NCBI GenBank assembly: GCA_022843095.1 | Contig: JALHOH010000002.1 | Location: forward strand, 390,001 to 422,000 | Length of the DNA: 32,000 bases | Direction: 5' to 3' | DNA from: Candidatus Saccharimonadota bacterium | GTDB taxonomy: Bacteria; Patescibacteriota; Patescibacteriia; 2-12-FULL-60-25 | In this document: in pieces, positions 10,025-17,837 of the stretch | Layout of the letters: each line of letters opens with the position of its first letter | Numbering within the stretch: the stretch's first letter is position 1 | Notes under the pieces: model-generated | What the model saw: only the letters and a program-made list of their open reading frames with translations | What the model was told of the DNA's origin: nothing | The model's database searches: none | Position numbers and translations under genes: made by a program

Positions 10025-10930
10025 TTCATGCACGGGCACAAAAATTTCGTTGAGCGCCACAATTTTGCCGTGTACCCGGCGCATGTGGAAGGGACGGTTC
10101 GAAAAGCGCTCTGGGGACACGGCAAGCTCGGAATGCAAGACAGACCAGGGCGCCTCGACATGCGACACGATGTGCACACCATCCCCTTCCACCATCTCCA
10201 CCTCCGCGGACGGGGTGACGGGAATCAGTTCCGAAGGGGTGCGAAGGGTACGGACATACACCTCCTGAACCGCCGGACAGGATTCGGTCATGGCTTCAAG
10301 CACCGAACATTTTCCATCCAAATACGCGGCATGATAGGCCATCTCCCCAATCGCGCGCTGGCCATGTCGGACGCGCACGTAGGGAAAGCCCTGCACATCG
10401 GTCACACCTTCCAAAAACACCACGGGTTCAAGCGGAGGACGTGGCCGCGCCAAAAACGCGGAAAGCGCCTCGACATGCACGAGCTCTGGAGGCGCTTGTG
10501 CACGCGATGGGATGAGCTCAAATCGCGCATCCGCACGCGTCCATGATCCTGGTTGCAGCCGAATCGTGGAAGGGAGGCGCACATACCCTTTTGGACGACC
10601 ATCGCGCAAAAAAACCAGCAACCAGCCATCCATCGTCTCTTGCCGTGGCGCACGACCGGCGTACGGCCCGATCCGTTCTCGCGCCGTTCGCGCAGAAGCA
10701 TACGGTTCCAAAATCGCAACCGCGTCCCACGCATCATCCTGCACCAACGCATCCAATGAAACTCCCGTCGCAGACGGTGTTTGATAAAACGCTTCAATCG
10801 AACGCATAAGCGCTGCCTGTGCTTGCGGCCAGGGACGCGCCCACAACGACCAATACGCGACGCAAGCAAAAAGAATGACCAGCAGACAGGTCATGAAACC
10901 AAACAGGCGTCGCGATCGCGCTTCCACCAT
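10001..10930 (-). CDS. Membrane-anchored hypothetical protein (309 aa)
   Basis: The protein has a single N-terminal TM segment (LFGFMTCLLVILFACVAYWSLW) followed by a soluble domain. I recognise no family. Confidence 0.65.
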   Translation of the reverse strand: MVEARSRRLFGFMTCLLVILFACVAYWSLWARPWPQAQAALMRSIEAFYQTPSATGVSLDALVQDDAWDAVAILEPYASARTARERIGPYAGRAPRQETMDGWLLVFLRDGRPKGYVRLPSTIRLQPGSWTRADARFELIPSRAQAPPELVHVEALSAFLARPRPPLEPVVFLEGVTDVQGFPYVRVRHGQRAIGEMAYHAAYLDGKCSVLEAMTESCPAVQEVYVRTLRTPSELIPVTPSAEVEMVEGDGVHIVSHVEAPWSVLHSELAVSPERFSNRPFHMRRVHGKIVALNEIFVPVHEQKYAPVE

Positions 10931-10936
10931 AGGCCT

Positions 10937-10945
10937 AGTATAGCA
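10937..10945 (-). promoter_or_regulatory. Extended -10-like TGCTATACT, 6 nt upstream of the ATG at 10930 (leaderless-type)
   Basis: The minus strand reads TGcTATACT-aggcct-ATG. Confidence 0.45.
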
Positions 10946-10961
10946 AATATTCCGCGTACGC

Positions 10962-10967
10962 TATCAT
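10962..10967 (+). promoter_or_regulatory. -10-like TATCAT, 6 nt upstream of the ATG at 10974 (leaderless-type)
   Basis: The plus strand reads TATCAT-acctgc-ATG. It sits in the same 43-bp divergent intergenic region as the element at 10937-10945. Confidence 0.4.
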
Positions 10968-10973
10968 ACCTGC

Positions 10974-11441
10974 ATGGCAACCCACTCACTTCTCACCCGG
11001 AATAATTTACTCGCCCTGGTTCGCGGCTCCGTCGGCTCAACCGCCTTCCGTCACGCATACGCGATCAAACACAAGAAAACCGTGGATCTCCTTCGTGGGG
11101 GGCGCTTGAGTTGTGCGTTTTTTGTGAGCACCATTCTCTCGGCATTTCGATTGATCGACACACAACATTTAACCGTAGATGGCACCGTCCGCGATCTAGA
11201 ACAACAGGGATGGCAAGACACGGATACGCCGGAACCGGGAACGATCCTCATCTGGGAAGCCACACGCGATCATGTAGCGGATGAACCGCATCGCCATATC
11301 GGCTTCTATCTGGGAAACCATCGCGCGATCAGCAACAGCAGCAAAAAACGCACACCCTCCATACATCATTGGACCTTTGGAAAAAAGGGTGCGCATCCAA
11401 AACGTCGCATTGAACGGATGCTTCGCCATCCTTCGTTATAA
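10974..11441 (+). CDS. Hypothetical protein, possibly an NlpC/P60-like papain-fold cysteine peptidase
   Basis: The 155-aa product has a candidate catalytic Cys (GGRLSCAFFVSTIL). About 60 aa later it has His (HRHIGFYLGNHRAISNSS). This resembles the C...H...H order of NlpC/P60. The functional call is tentative. Confidence 0.55.
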   Translation: MATHSLLTRNNLLALVRGSVGSTAFRHAYAIKHKKTVDLLRGGRLSCAFFVSTILSAFRLIDTQHLTVDGTVRDLEQQGWQDTDTPEPGTILIWEATRDHVADEPHRHIGFYLGNHRAISNSSKKRTPSIHHWTFGKKGAHPKRRIERMLRHPSL

Positions 11442-11470
11442 AAAACACCATCCCCGGATTGGGATGGTGA
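11441..11470 (-). terminator. Intrinsic terminator after the acyltransferase gene
   Basis: A 9-bp stem CACCATCCC (11446-11454) pairs with GGGATGGTG (11461-11469). On the minus strand it is followed by UUUUUUAU. Confidence 0.6.
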
Positions 11471-11480
11471 GCGGCACACA

Positions 11481-12257
11481 TTACGTGTGCGTAGAGTCCG
11501 CCGCCTGGGCACGGAGTCGATCGAGCTCCGAAGCAAGCCAGGCATGCGTACGATAGTCTTCGTTCGGCGAGACAAGACGCGCCGCGATCGTGAGCGTGCG
11601 CCCGTACACCTGATAGGCATGGAGCGCAGTGCGCCCCCCTTCCATGGGCGGATCCCAGAACAACCCGACCGACAGGATCCGATGCGTCGGCATTGCATCT
11701 AGCAATGTCCAAAACCCACCGGTTTTGACCTGCTTCCCCCCACGCGTCCCCTGATAGAAAAGGGCGATACTCGCGCCATCGACCCGCGCCCGCTCTCCGG
11801 CCGCACGCACCCGAGCAAGATCTTCTGGGTCACCGGTGCGCTGGACGTATGCGCATCCCGTCATCATGGTCATCCATCCAACGATCGGAAACGCGCGCGC
11901 CTGGATCTTTGCAATCCACCGAAGCTCTGGAATTCCCAGTCGCAGTGCGAGCGCGATGAGCTCCGGGACATCCAGCGTGGACTCATGGTTCGCGAGGACC
12001 AAACAGGGCGGCGCCTGAATCGGTGGGATGATCCACCGGATCCGAATCCCCAGCAACGCATGGGTCAACGTGCAGATTTTGGCGCCCCACCACAGATGCC
12101 ACGCATTCGCGAACCGCGTGCGTTCCGGCAACCGGGTCGCGCCACGATAGCGCATCCACGCATACAGATGCATGGGAAGAATGCAGCCAAGAATCAGGCA
12201 CCACGCGAGTACGAATGCCAGGAAAAAACAGAGCCACGCCTTGAAACGAGCCACCAT
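11481..12257 (-). CDS. plsC: 1-acyl-sn-glycerol-3-phosphate (lysophospholipid) acyltransferase family protein
   Basis: The product has the HX4D motif (LANHESTLD) and an FxxGTRGG block equivalent to FPEGTR. It has an N-terminal TM helix. The ATG at 12257 is preceded by GGAGGTG. The ORF-track start at 12284 is a TTG. Confidence 0.85.
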   Translation of the reverse strand: MVARFKAWLCFFLAFVLAWCLILGCILPMHLYAWMRYRGATRLPERTRFANAWHLWWGAKICTLTHALLGIRIRWIIPPIQAPPCLVLANHESTLDVPELIALALRLGIPELRWIAKIQARAFPIVGWMTMMTGCAYVQRTGDPEDLARVRAAGERARVDGASIALFYQGTRGGKQVKTGGFWTLLDAMPTHRILSVGLFWDPPMEGGRTALHAYQVYGRTLTIAARLVSPNEDYRTHAWLASELDRLRAQAADSTHT

Positions 12258-12311
12258 GGTCACCTCCACGGCGGACGCTACCAAAACCCAGGCATTTATT
12301 CAATCCTTCCC

Positions 12312-12338
12312 ATGCAAAACACGCCCGAAGGCGTGTGT
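12312..12338 (-). terminator. Intrinsic terminator after the helicase gene
   Basis: The stem ACACGCC-CGAA-GGCGTGT is 7 bp (12319-12336). On the minus strand it is followed by UUUUG. It lies directly after the stop at 12341. Confidence 0.5.
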
Positions 12339-12340
12339 TA

Positions 12341-13771
12341 CTAATTCGATCGCTTCCGCTTGGAAGGCGATTCTTCGTCCCGCTTCACGAAAAATGGGGA
12401 AGAAGAAACCGGGGTCCACTTTGGCGTAAAGGAGAGATCGCGCTTTGGTCGTCCGCTTCGCATCCCGCTGTGTCGACTTCCGGAGCTAGACGCATGACGA
12501 CCGCGGTCCTGATGGTCTCGACCACGCGCGCCACCGAATCCACCCCGACCGCCACGCGCACCACCCGATTCACGCATCGCTCGTTCGCGATACCGTGCGC
12601 GCGGACTGTCGTCACGATCTTCCACCTCCCCTGCCGCAGACATGCGCGCAGCCGGGAGTTCCGGCAACTTCGCCACCGGCAACTGCGTGCGAAGGAGGCG
12701 TTCAATGTCACGAACATCGCGCTGCTGATCCGGTGTTGCGAAACTAATCGCGTGCCCGGCGCGTCCAGCGCGTCCCGTTCGGCCAATACGATGGACGTAA
12801 TCTTCACTCTGATCCGGCAGATCAAAGTTCACCACCAACTCAATACCGGTGACGTCGATGCCACGTGCCGCAATGTCCGTCGCGACAAGCACGCGATACG
12901 TCCCGCGCTTAAATCCTTCCAATGCCGCCTTGCGCTGTGCAAGCGAACGATCCGAATGCAGTTCTGCGGAGGTGTGCCCCATGCCACGGACGGCGCGTGC
13001 GATTTTTTTGGCGCCATACTTTGTCCGAGAGAACACAAGCACCGTGCCGGTATGTTCATCCAAAATCTTCTGAAGCAACCGCGTTTTTTCTTCCTTGCCG
13101 ACGAAAATCACCTCTTGCGTCACGCGTTCGGCCGCCGTCCCTGCTGGCGCGATTTCAACGCGCACCGGCATCTTCATGTATTTCGAGGCGATCGCGACGA
13201 TCTCCTTTGGCATGGTCGCGGAAAACAACAACGTCTGCCGATCCTTTGGCACGTGCTGCAAAATCCGCTTGATCTGCGGCTCAAACCCCATGTCGAGCAT
13301 GCGATCCGCTTCATCCAGTACGAGGACGGAAACGCGATCCAAGGCGACCGTGCGCTGATCCAGGTGATCAATCATGCGTCCTGGCGTCACAATCAACACA
13401 TGCGGTTTCTTTTTTAACGCATCCATCTGCAACTTCATCGAGGCGCCTCCGATCAATACCGCCGTGCGCAAGCCAATGGGCGTTCCGATTTTCTTCAACG
13501 TTTCATCCACCTGGAGCGCAAGTTCGCGCGTTGGAAGCACCACAAGGCCAATCCCTTTGGTTTGAGCGAGGCGTTGGATCAAAGGAATGCCAAACGCAAG
13601 CGTTTTACCGGTTCCCGTTTGCGCAATCCCCATTACATCCTTTTCCTGCAATGCAACCGGAATCGATTGCATCTGAATCGGCGTCGGTACCGTGTATCCG
13701 ACCTGATCCAAAATCTGAAGCAGCTTCGGCGCAATGCCGAGGCCGTAAAAACTGGGCGTGTTCGTAGACAT
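12341..13771 (-). CDS. DEAD-box ATP-dependent RNA helicase with an Arg/Gly-rich C-terminal tail
   Basis: The product has the Q-motif, AQTGTGKT, DEAD, SAT and HRIGRTGRAG. The tail reads GGARGGRGGFGGARGRDHQDRGRH. Confidence 0.95.
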   Translation of the reverse strand: MSTNTPSFYGLGIAPKLLQILDQVGYTVPTPIQMQSIPVALQEKDVMGIAQTGTGKTLAFGIPLIQRLAQTKGIGLVVLPTRELALQVDETLKKIGTPIGLRTAVLIGGASMKLQMDALKKKPHVLIVTPGRMIDHLDQRTVALDRVSVLVLDEADRMLDMGFEPQIKRILQHVPKDRQTLLFSATMPKEIVAIASKYMKMPVRVEIAPAGTAAERVTQEVIFVGKEEKTRLLQKILDEHTGTVLVFSRTKYGAKKIARAVRGMGHTSAELHSDRSLAQRKAALEGFKRGTYRVLVATDIAARGIDVTGIELVVNFDLPDQSEDYVHRIGRTGRAGRAGHAISFATPDQQRDVRDIERLLRTQLPVAKLPELPAARMSAAGEVEDRDDSPRARYRERAMRESGGARGGRGGFGGARGRDHQDRGRHASSSGSRHSGMRSGRPKRDLSFTPKWTPVSSSPFFVKRDEESPSKRKRSN

Positions 13772-13873
13772 GAGAATAATCGAAGCCTACCCTTCCTTGC
13801 GTATTTTTACAAGCCTGCCAAGGTAGAGAAGAGAACGGATGGCACAAAATCGAGTGTTTTTGCGTAGTACTTC

Positions 13874-14452
13874 ATGGAAACCATGCTTTCTTTTCCTCCG
13901 GAGGCACCGGATGCAGCGCTCGTACGCGCATCGCTTGCGCAAAAAGAAGCGTTCGCTGCGCTCATCCGACGCTATCAAGAACGGCTGGATCGCTACCTGC
14001 GTCGGCTGGGTGTCTTTCGCGTAGAAGATCGCGAAGATGTGCTTCAAAACGTTTTTCTAAAAACGTATCGGAATTTGAATGAGTTTGACGAAGGACTTGC
14101 CTTTTCGTCCTGGATTTATCGCATCGCGCACAATGAAACGATGAGCTTCTTTCGTGCGCGCCAAGTTCGTCCGGATGGGCACACGGACCCGGATGGGGCG
14201 GATCTGCTGGAACAGGTTCCCGGCGTCACCCACCTCGAAACCGAGCTCGACCGGTCTCTGACCGCGCAAACGTTGCGTGCCGCGCTCCTCAAACTGGATC
14301 CCAAATATCGCGAGGCGCTCGTGCTCCGCTATTTTGAAGAACGTGAATACACCGAAATCTCCGATATCATGCAGATCCCCGTTGGCTCGGTTGGCACGCT
14401 CATCGCACGCGCCAAAAAACGTCTCCTTCCATTGCTCTCCCCCTCCGTATGA
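13874..14452 (+). CDS. ECF-family RNA polymerase sigma-70 factor
   Basis: The 192-aa product has a region 2 signature (AFAALIRRYQERLDRYLRR...EDVLQNVFLKTY...FSSWIYRIAHN). It also has a region 4 HTH (YREALVLRYFEEREYTEISDIMQIPVGSVGTLIARAKKRL). Confidence 0.9.
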   Translation: METMLSFPPEAPDAALVRASLAQKEAFAALIRRYQERLDRYLRRLGVFRVEDREDVLQNVFLKTYRNLNEFDEGLAFSSWIYRIAHNETMSFFRARQVRPDGHTDPDGADLLEQVPGVTHLETELDRSLTAQTLRAALLKLDPKYREALVLRYFEEREYTEISDIMQIPVGSVGTLIARAKKRLLPLLSPSV

Positions 14453-15333
14453 CCTCCCCTTTTTCCTTGGATCCCTCCCCAAACGACCTTGCTTCCAAGG
14501 TCTTGGATCAGATTGAGGAAACCCGGGTCACTCCACGACCGGCGTGGCAGTTTACATGGAAAAACCGTCTGCTGTGGGTCGTCTGTGTGTTCGGCGTTGC
14601 CCTCGGCGCCGCCATCGCATCCGTACTCGTGTTCTCCGTGCAAGAAATGGACTGGGATCTCTACGAGATCGCCGGCTCTTCCCGCATGTTCTTCTTTCGG
14701 GATGCCATCCCCGCCGTTTGGGCCGTCGGAATTCTGCTGGCCGGATTCGCGGTGTGGTACGCCATTCGTCGCACGCGCGCCGGGTATCGGTATCCCGTGT
14801 CCGCCATCATCGCGATCGCGCTCTCCGGCTTCTTGATAGGTGGATCGCTTCTTGCCGCAAACGATGTGGGACGCGCACTCGATGAAACCCTCGGCGCACA
14901 ACTTCCCCTCCATACCCCCATCCGTCTCAAAAAACTCTCTCTATGGATGAATCCGGCGCGCGGCCTGATTGTCGGAGAGGTGAGCGCCGTTGATCTTGAG
15001 AAAAACGCTTTCACCTTGGTACTGCCGGACGGAAACCTGATCGAGCTGAATAGCACGCTCTTAAGCCCCCAAAGCAAAGCGACCTTGGCGCACGCATCCG
15101 CCGTTCGCATCATTGGATACGCCGAACGCGATGCCACAACCGGAACAGCACGATTCATCCCCTGTGCAGTGCTTCCCTGGAAAGGAAAGGAATACCCTCC
15201 AATAAAAAAAGGGAAGGCGCTTCCCGTCGATACGCCTGGACCGGTGTCACAATTTCCGGATGCCGTGCGTAGTACTGGGTGCAAGGACCTGCAGCCCTAT
15301 GCGATTCTTCAACGGATCCGCCCGAATCACTAA
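14449..15333 (+). CDS. Multi-pass membrane protein, putative anti-sigma factor
   Basis: The ATGA start/stop overlap with the ECF sigma gene indicates translational coupling. A short cytoplasmic N-terminus is followed by 3 TM helices and a C-terminal extracytoplasmic domain of about 150 aa. The anti-sigma role is inferred from position only. Confidence 0.7.
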   Translation: MTSPFSLDPSPNDLASKVLDQIEETRVTPRPAWQFTWKNRLLWVVCVFGVALGAAIASVLVFSVQEMDWDLYEIAGSSRMFFFRDAIPAVWAVGILLAGFAVWYAIRRTRAGYRYPVSAIIAIALSGFLIGGSLLAANDVGRALDETLGAQLPLHTPIRLKKLSLWMNPARGLIVGEVSAVDLEKNAFTLVLPDGNLIELNSTLLSPQSKATLAHASAVRIIGYAERDATTGTARFIPCAVLPWKGKEYPPIKKGKALPVDTPGPVSQFPDAVRSTGCKDLQPYAILQRIRPNH

Positions 15334-15342
15334 TCTTCTTGT

Positions 15343-15747
15343 ATGACCAACAAACGCTTTTTTCTCGCATCCGCATTGATCGTTCCTGCGCTCGCGCTTT
15401 CCGTCGCCGCTTCTCAGGTTTCTGCCGCAACATCGTCAGAAACAAACGCAGGCGCCACACCGACACAGCAGGAAGGAAAGCCGTTTTTCGCCAAATTCCG
15501 TGGGATGCACGGAAAGGGAGATCACGGAAAAATGAAGATGGGTCGCCACATGGGCGGAAAGAACATGCAAGCCGTCCACGACGCCTTGGAAAAAAATGAT
15601 TTCAACGCGTTCAAGGAAGCAACAAAGGACCACCCAAAGATGAAAGAAATCGATGAAGCGAAGTTTGCAAAACTGGTACGCGCCCACCAACTCATGAAAG
15701 AAGCGCACACGCTCATGCAAGAAGTACACGGCGAAGTGAAGAACTAA
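15343..15747 (+). CDS. Secreted His/Met/Lys-rich helical protein (hypothetical)
   Basis: The product has a signal peptide MTNKRFFLASALIVPALALSVAASQVSA. The mature part contains GMHGKGDHGKMKMGRHMGGKNM and further H/M/K-rich helices. It is the third gene of the sigma/anti-sigma unit. Confidence 0.7.
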   Translation: MTNKRFFLASALIVPALALSVAASQVSAATSSETNAGATPTQQEGKPFFAKFRGMHGKGDHGKMKMGRHMGGKNMQAVHDALEKNDFNAFKEATKDHPKMKEIDEAKFAKLVRAHQLMKEAHTLMQEVHGEVKN

Positions 15748-15776
15748 AAAACATCCCCTCCGGGGGATGTTTTTTA
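15746..15776. terminator. Bidirectional intrinsic terminator between convergent genes
   Basis: The sequence AAAAA-ACATCCCC-TCCG-GGGGATGT-TTTTT has an 8-bp perfect stem. It serves the plus-strand gene ending at 15747 and the minus-strand gene ending at 15781. Confidence 0.8.
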
Positions 15777-15780
15777 CTCC

Positions 15781-17763
15781 TCATCTCCACACCTCGATCA
15801 CTTCTCCTAATTCCGGGGTACAGGCGTAGACATTGATGCGATTATTCCCCGTTTTACGAACGGCGTAGTACGTCCGGAGACCCGTTCCATTCAATGGATC
15901 TTCCGGCTTGGATGCGTAATATAACGGCTCGAGCATCGGCAAATCGAGACACGCCTCCGCACTTTCTTCGCTGGACTTTTGAAACTGGAATTCATTCAAG
16001 TGAAAGAAAAATCCAGCGCCTTGGTTAATGGCACGGAACCGCACCCGAGCCTGGGATACGTTCCCCGCGGTAAATGAAACCTCCTGCCACGCCTGATTCG
16101 GAAACGTCCCTTCAAACACATTTACCCATTCTCCATCGCGATACACATCGACATCTGCAAGGTCGACTTCCGACCCGGCGCGACCATAGAATCGCACTTT
16201 ATTCGTTTCTAACGCCGTGAAGGTCAGATAAAGAAAGGAGCTCCAAACCGGCGCATTAATCGCATGATAACTTCGCGCATAGGTCGCCGGATTCAGGTCT
16301 GTTGCGGAGGATTCAAATTCCCATGCCGTATCCGGATCACTCGTCCCAGACGGAGAAATCCATCCAACCGCAGGCGGTTTGGTTGTGAACGTGAGCTGCC
16401 CACAATTCGTCGTGGTCACGCTATTTCGCACCTGCGCCTCAAAATAATAGGTCGTCTGCGGTGAAAGGTTGGTCAAGAAGGACTCAAAATTTTCTCCCGT
16501 CGCAATTCCCGGAACCCAGGCGGTACTTGATCCATACGAAGGAGTTGTGCCGTACAAGAAACGCACTTCACTGAGCTCCCCGCCGTCGCTTGTAATCGTC
16601 CCGTGCACGGTGGCGGCAACGTCTTGAATAAAATCCGCCGCCTGCGTTGCACAGGTGGGCGCGCTGTACGTGGAGGTCGTTTCGTAAAACTGAAACTCAT
16701 ACATCCAGTAGATGAACCCGCCGACGGCATAATTGTACCGAAATCGAGCGCTGGTCACGTAGCTCGGCGTGAAAGGAACAACCACGTATTTATTATTCCA
16801 CATCGCCTCACTTCCCGTTGCGTAGACGTTGGTCCAAACGTTGTTGATCAAGACATCGACCTCCACATTTGCGATGTGCGCATCTAAATAATCCGTATTG
16901 ATACGCAACCGATCCATGTAGGTTGAGGTTGCAATACTGAAATAGATGTATTGCCCGTACCCTGTTCCACCATACACGTTCGATGAATACGTCGTGATAT
17001 CTCCATCGCGCGCATTTACCTCATTATTCCACTGGTTATTCGGATCTGTGTGGGCCGTAGGACTGATCCAGCCACTTGGCGGCGGATCCACCCACGGAAT
17101 ATCCACCGTGACACGCTCTCCTTGCCGGTTCATGACCGTGACGGTCGAGACATATTTCCGCTCTTCCGTTCCATGAACTCCCCACGCCACCTCCCAAGTG
17201 CCGTGCGTATCCGTCCCCTGGATGCGATGGAGGCTCACCGTTTCAATCCCCCCCATGTCCGCCGTGACCAACGCAATCCCTTTTGGATCCTCCAACGTCA
17301 CGGTGAGCGTGAGCGTATCCCCTGGGAGCACCTTGGCGGGATACGCCGTCGCATTTAGCACCTTCGTTGCCGTGCGTTCGGTGGACGATGTGATCGGTTC
17401 TGCGGCATGCGCGACAAACGAACGCTCCCACCACGATGCGTGCGCGAGCGACTGATTTTGCAACACATTTCCCTGGGCGAGCTGAATGCCGCACGCGATG
17501 CTACATCCAGAGGTCGCCGTTCCGACCATGCGCACCACCTCATCAATCCCGGTTGGCGCCTGGCCTCGATTATCAATCATGTACTGAGAAATCGCATTCA
17601 GGATGGTATTCACATCCGATCGCCGTGCCGCATTCCGCGCCTGAGAAAATTGACGCGCCGGATTGATCGCCACAAGGACGATCCCGGCCAAAGCGACCGC
17701 GATCGAAATGCTCAACAAGGTTTGAACCAGGGTAAACCCTGTTTTGCACCCTAATCGATACAC
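15781..17763 (-). CDS. Type IV pilin-like (class III signal peptide) protein with inserted Ig-like, FN3-like and two discoidin/CBM-like domains; putative pilus adhesin
   Basis: The prepilin-type N-terminus reads (M)YRLGCKTG|FTLVQTLLSISIAVALAGIVLVAI. Two homologous modules of about 128 aa follow (nt 16684-17070 and 15982-16362). Both start with GWISP..DP..W and end with EFQF. An FN3-like module lies between them. The GTG at 17763 gives a 9-aa leader; the ORF-track start at 17796 is also a GTG. Confidence 0.85.
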   Translation of the reverse strand: MYRLGCKTGFTLVQTLLSISIAVALAGIVLVAINPARQFSQARNAARRSDVNTILNAISQYMIDNRGQAPTGIDEVVRMVGTATSGCSIACGIQLAQGNVLQNQSLAHASWWERSFVAHAAEPITSSTERTATKVLNATAYPAKVLPGDTLTLTVTLEDPKGIALVTADMGGIETVSLHRIQGTDTHGTWEVAWGVHGTEERKYVSTVTVMNRQGERVTVDIPWVDPPPSGWISPTAHTDPNNQWNNEVNARDGDITTYSSNVYGGTGYGQYIYFSIATSTYMDRLRINTDYLDAHIANVEVDVLINNVWTNVYATGSEAMWNNKYVVVPFTPSYVTSARFRYNYAVGGFIYWMYEFQFYETTSTYSAPTCATQAADFIQDVAATVHGTITSDGGELSEVRFLYGTTPSYGSSTAWVPGIATGENFESFLTNLSPQTTYYFEAQVRNSVTTTNCGQLTFTTKPPAVGWISPSGTSDPDTAWEFESSATDLNPATYARSYHAINAPVWSSFLYLTFTALETNKVRFYGRAGSEVDLADVDVYRDGEWVNVFEGTFPNQAWQEVSFTAGNVSQARVRFRAINQGAGFFFHLNEFQFQKSSEESAEACLDLPMLEPLYYASKPEDPLNGTGLRTYYAVRKTGNNRINVYACTPELGEVIEVWR

Positions 17764-17771
17764 ATGATGAG

Positions 17772-17780
17772 AGTATACCA
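17772..17780 (-). promoter_or_regulatory. Extended -10-like TGGTATACT, 8 nt upstream of the pilin GTG
   Basis: The minus strand reads TGgTATACT-ctcatcat-GTG. Confidence 0.4.
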
Positions 17781-17837
17781 AATTTGAAGGAAGCACATCG
17801 CTCGTTCAGCGCTGTTCTCGGGCCACAAGCAGTTGCA

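Noticed and set aside
12335-13417. A 360-aa plus-strand ORF antisense to the DEAD-box helicase.
   Set aside because: This is a shadow ORF with a Arg/His-rich nonsense composition.
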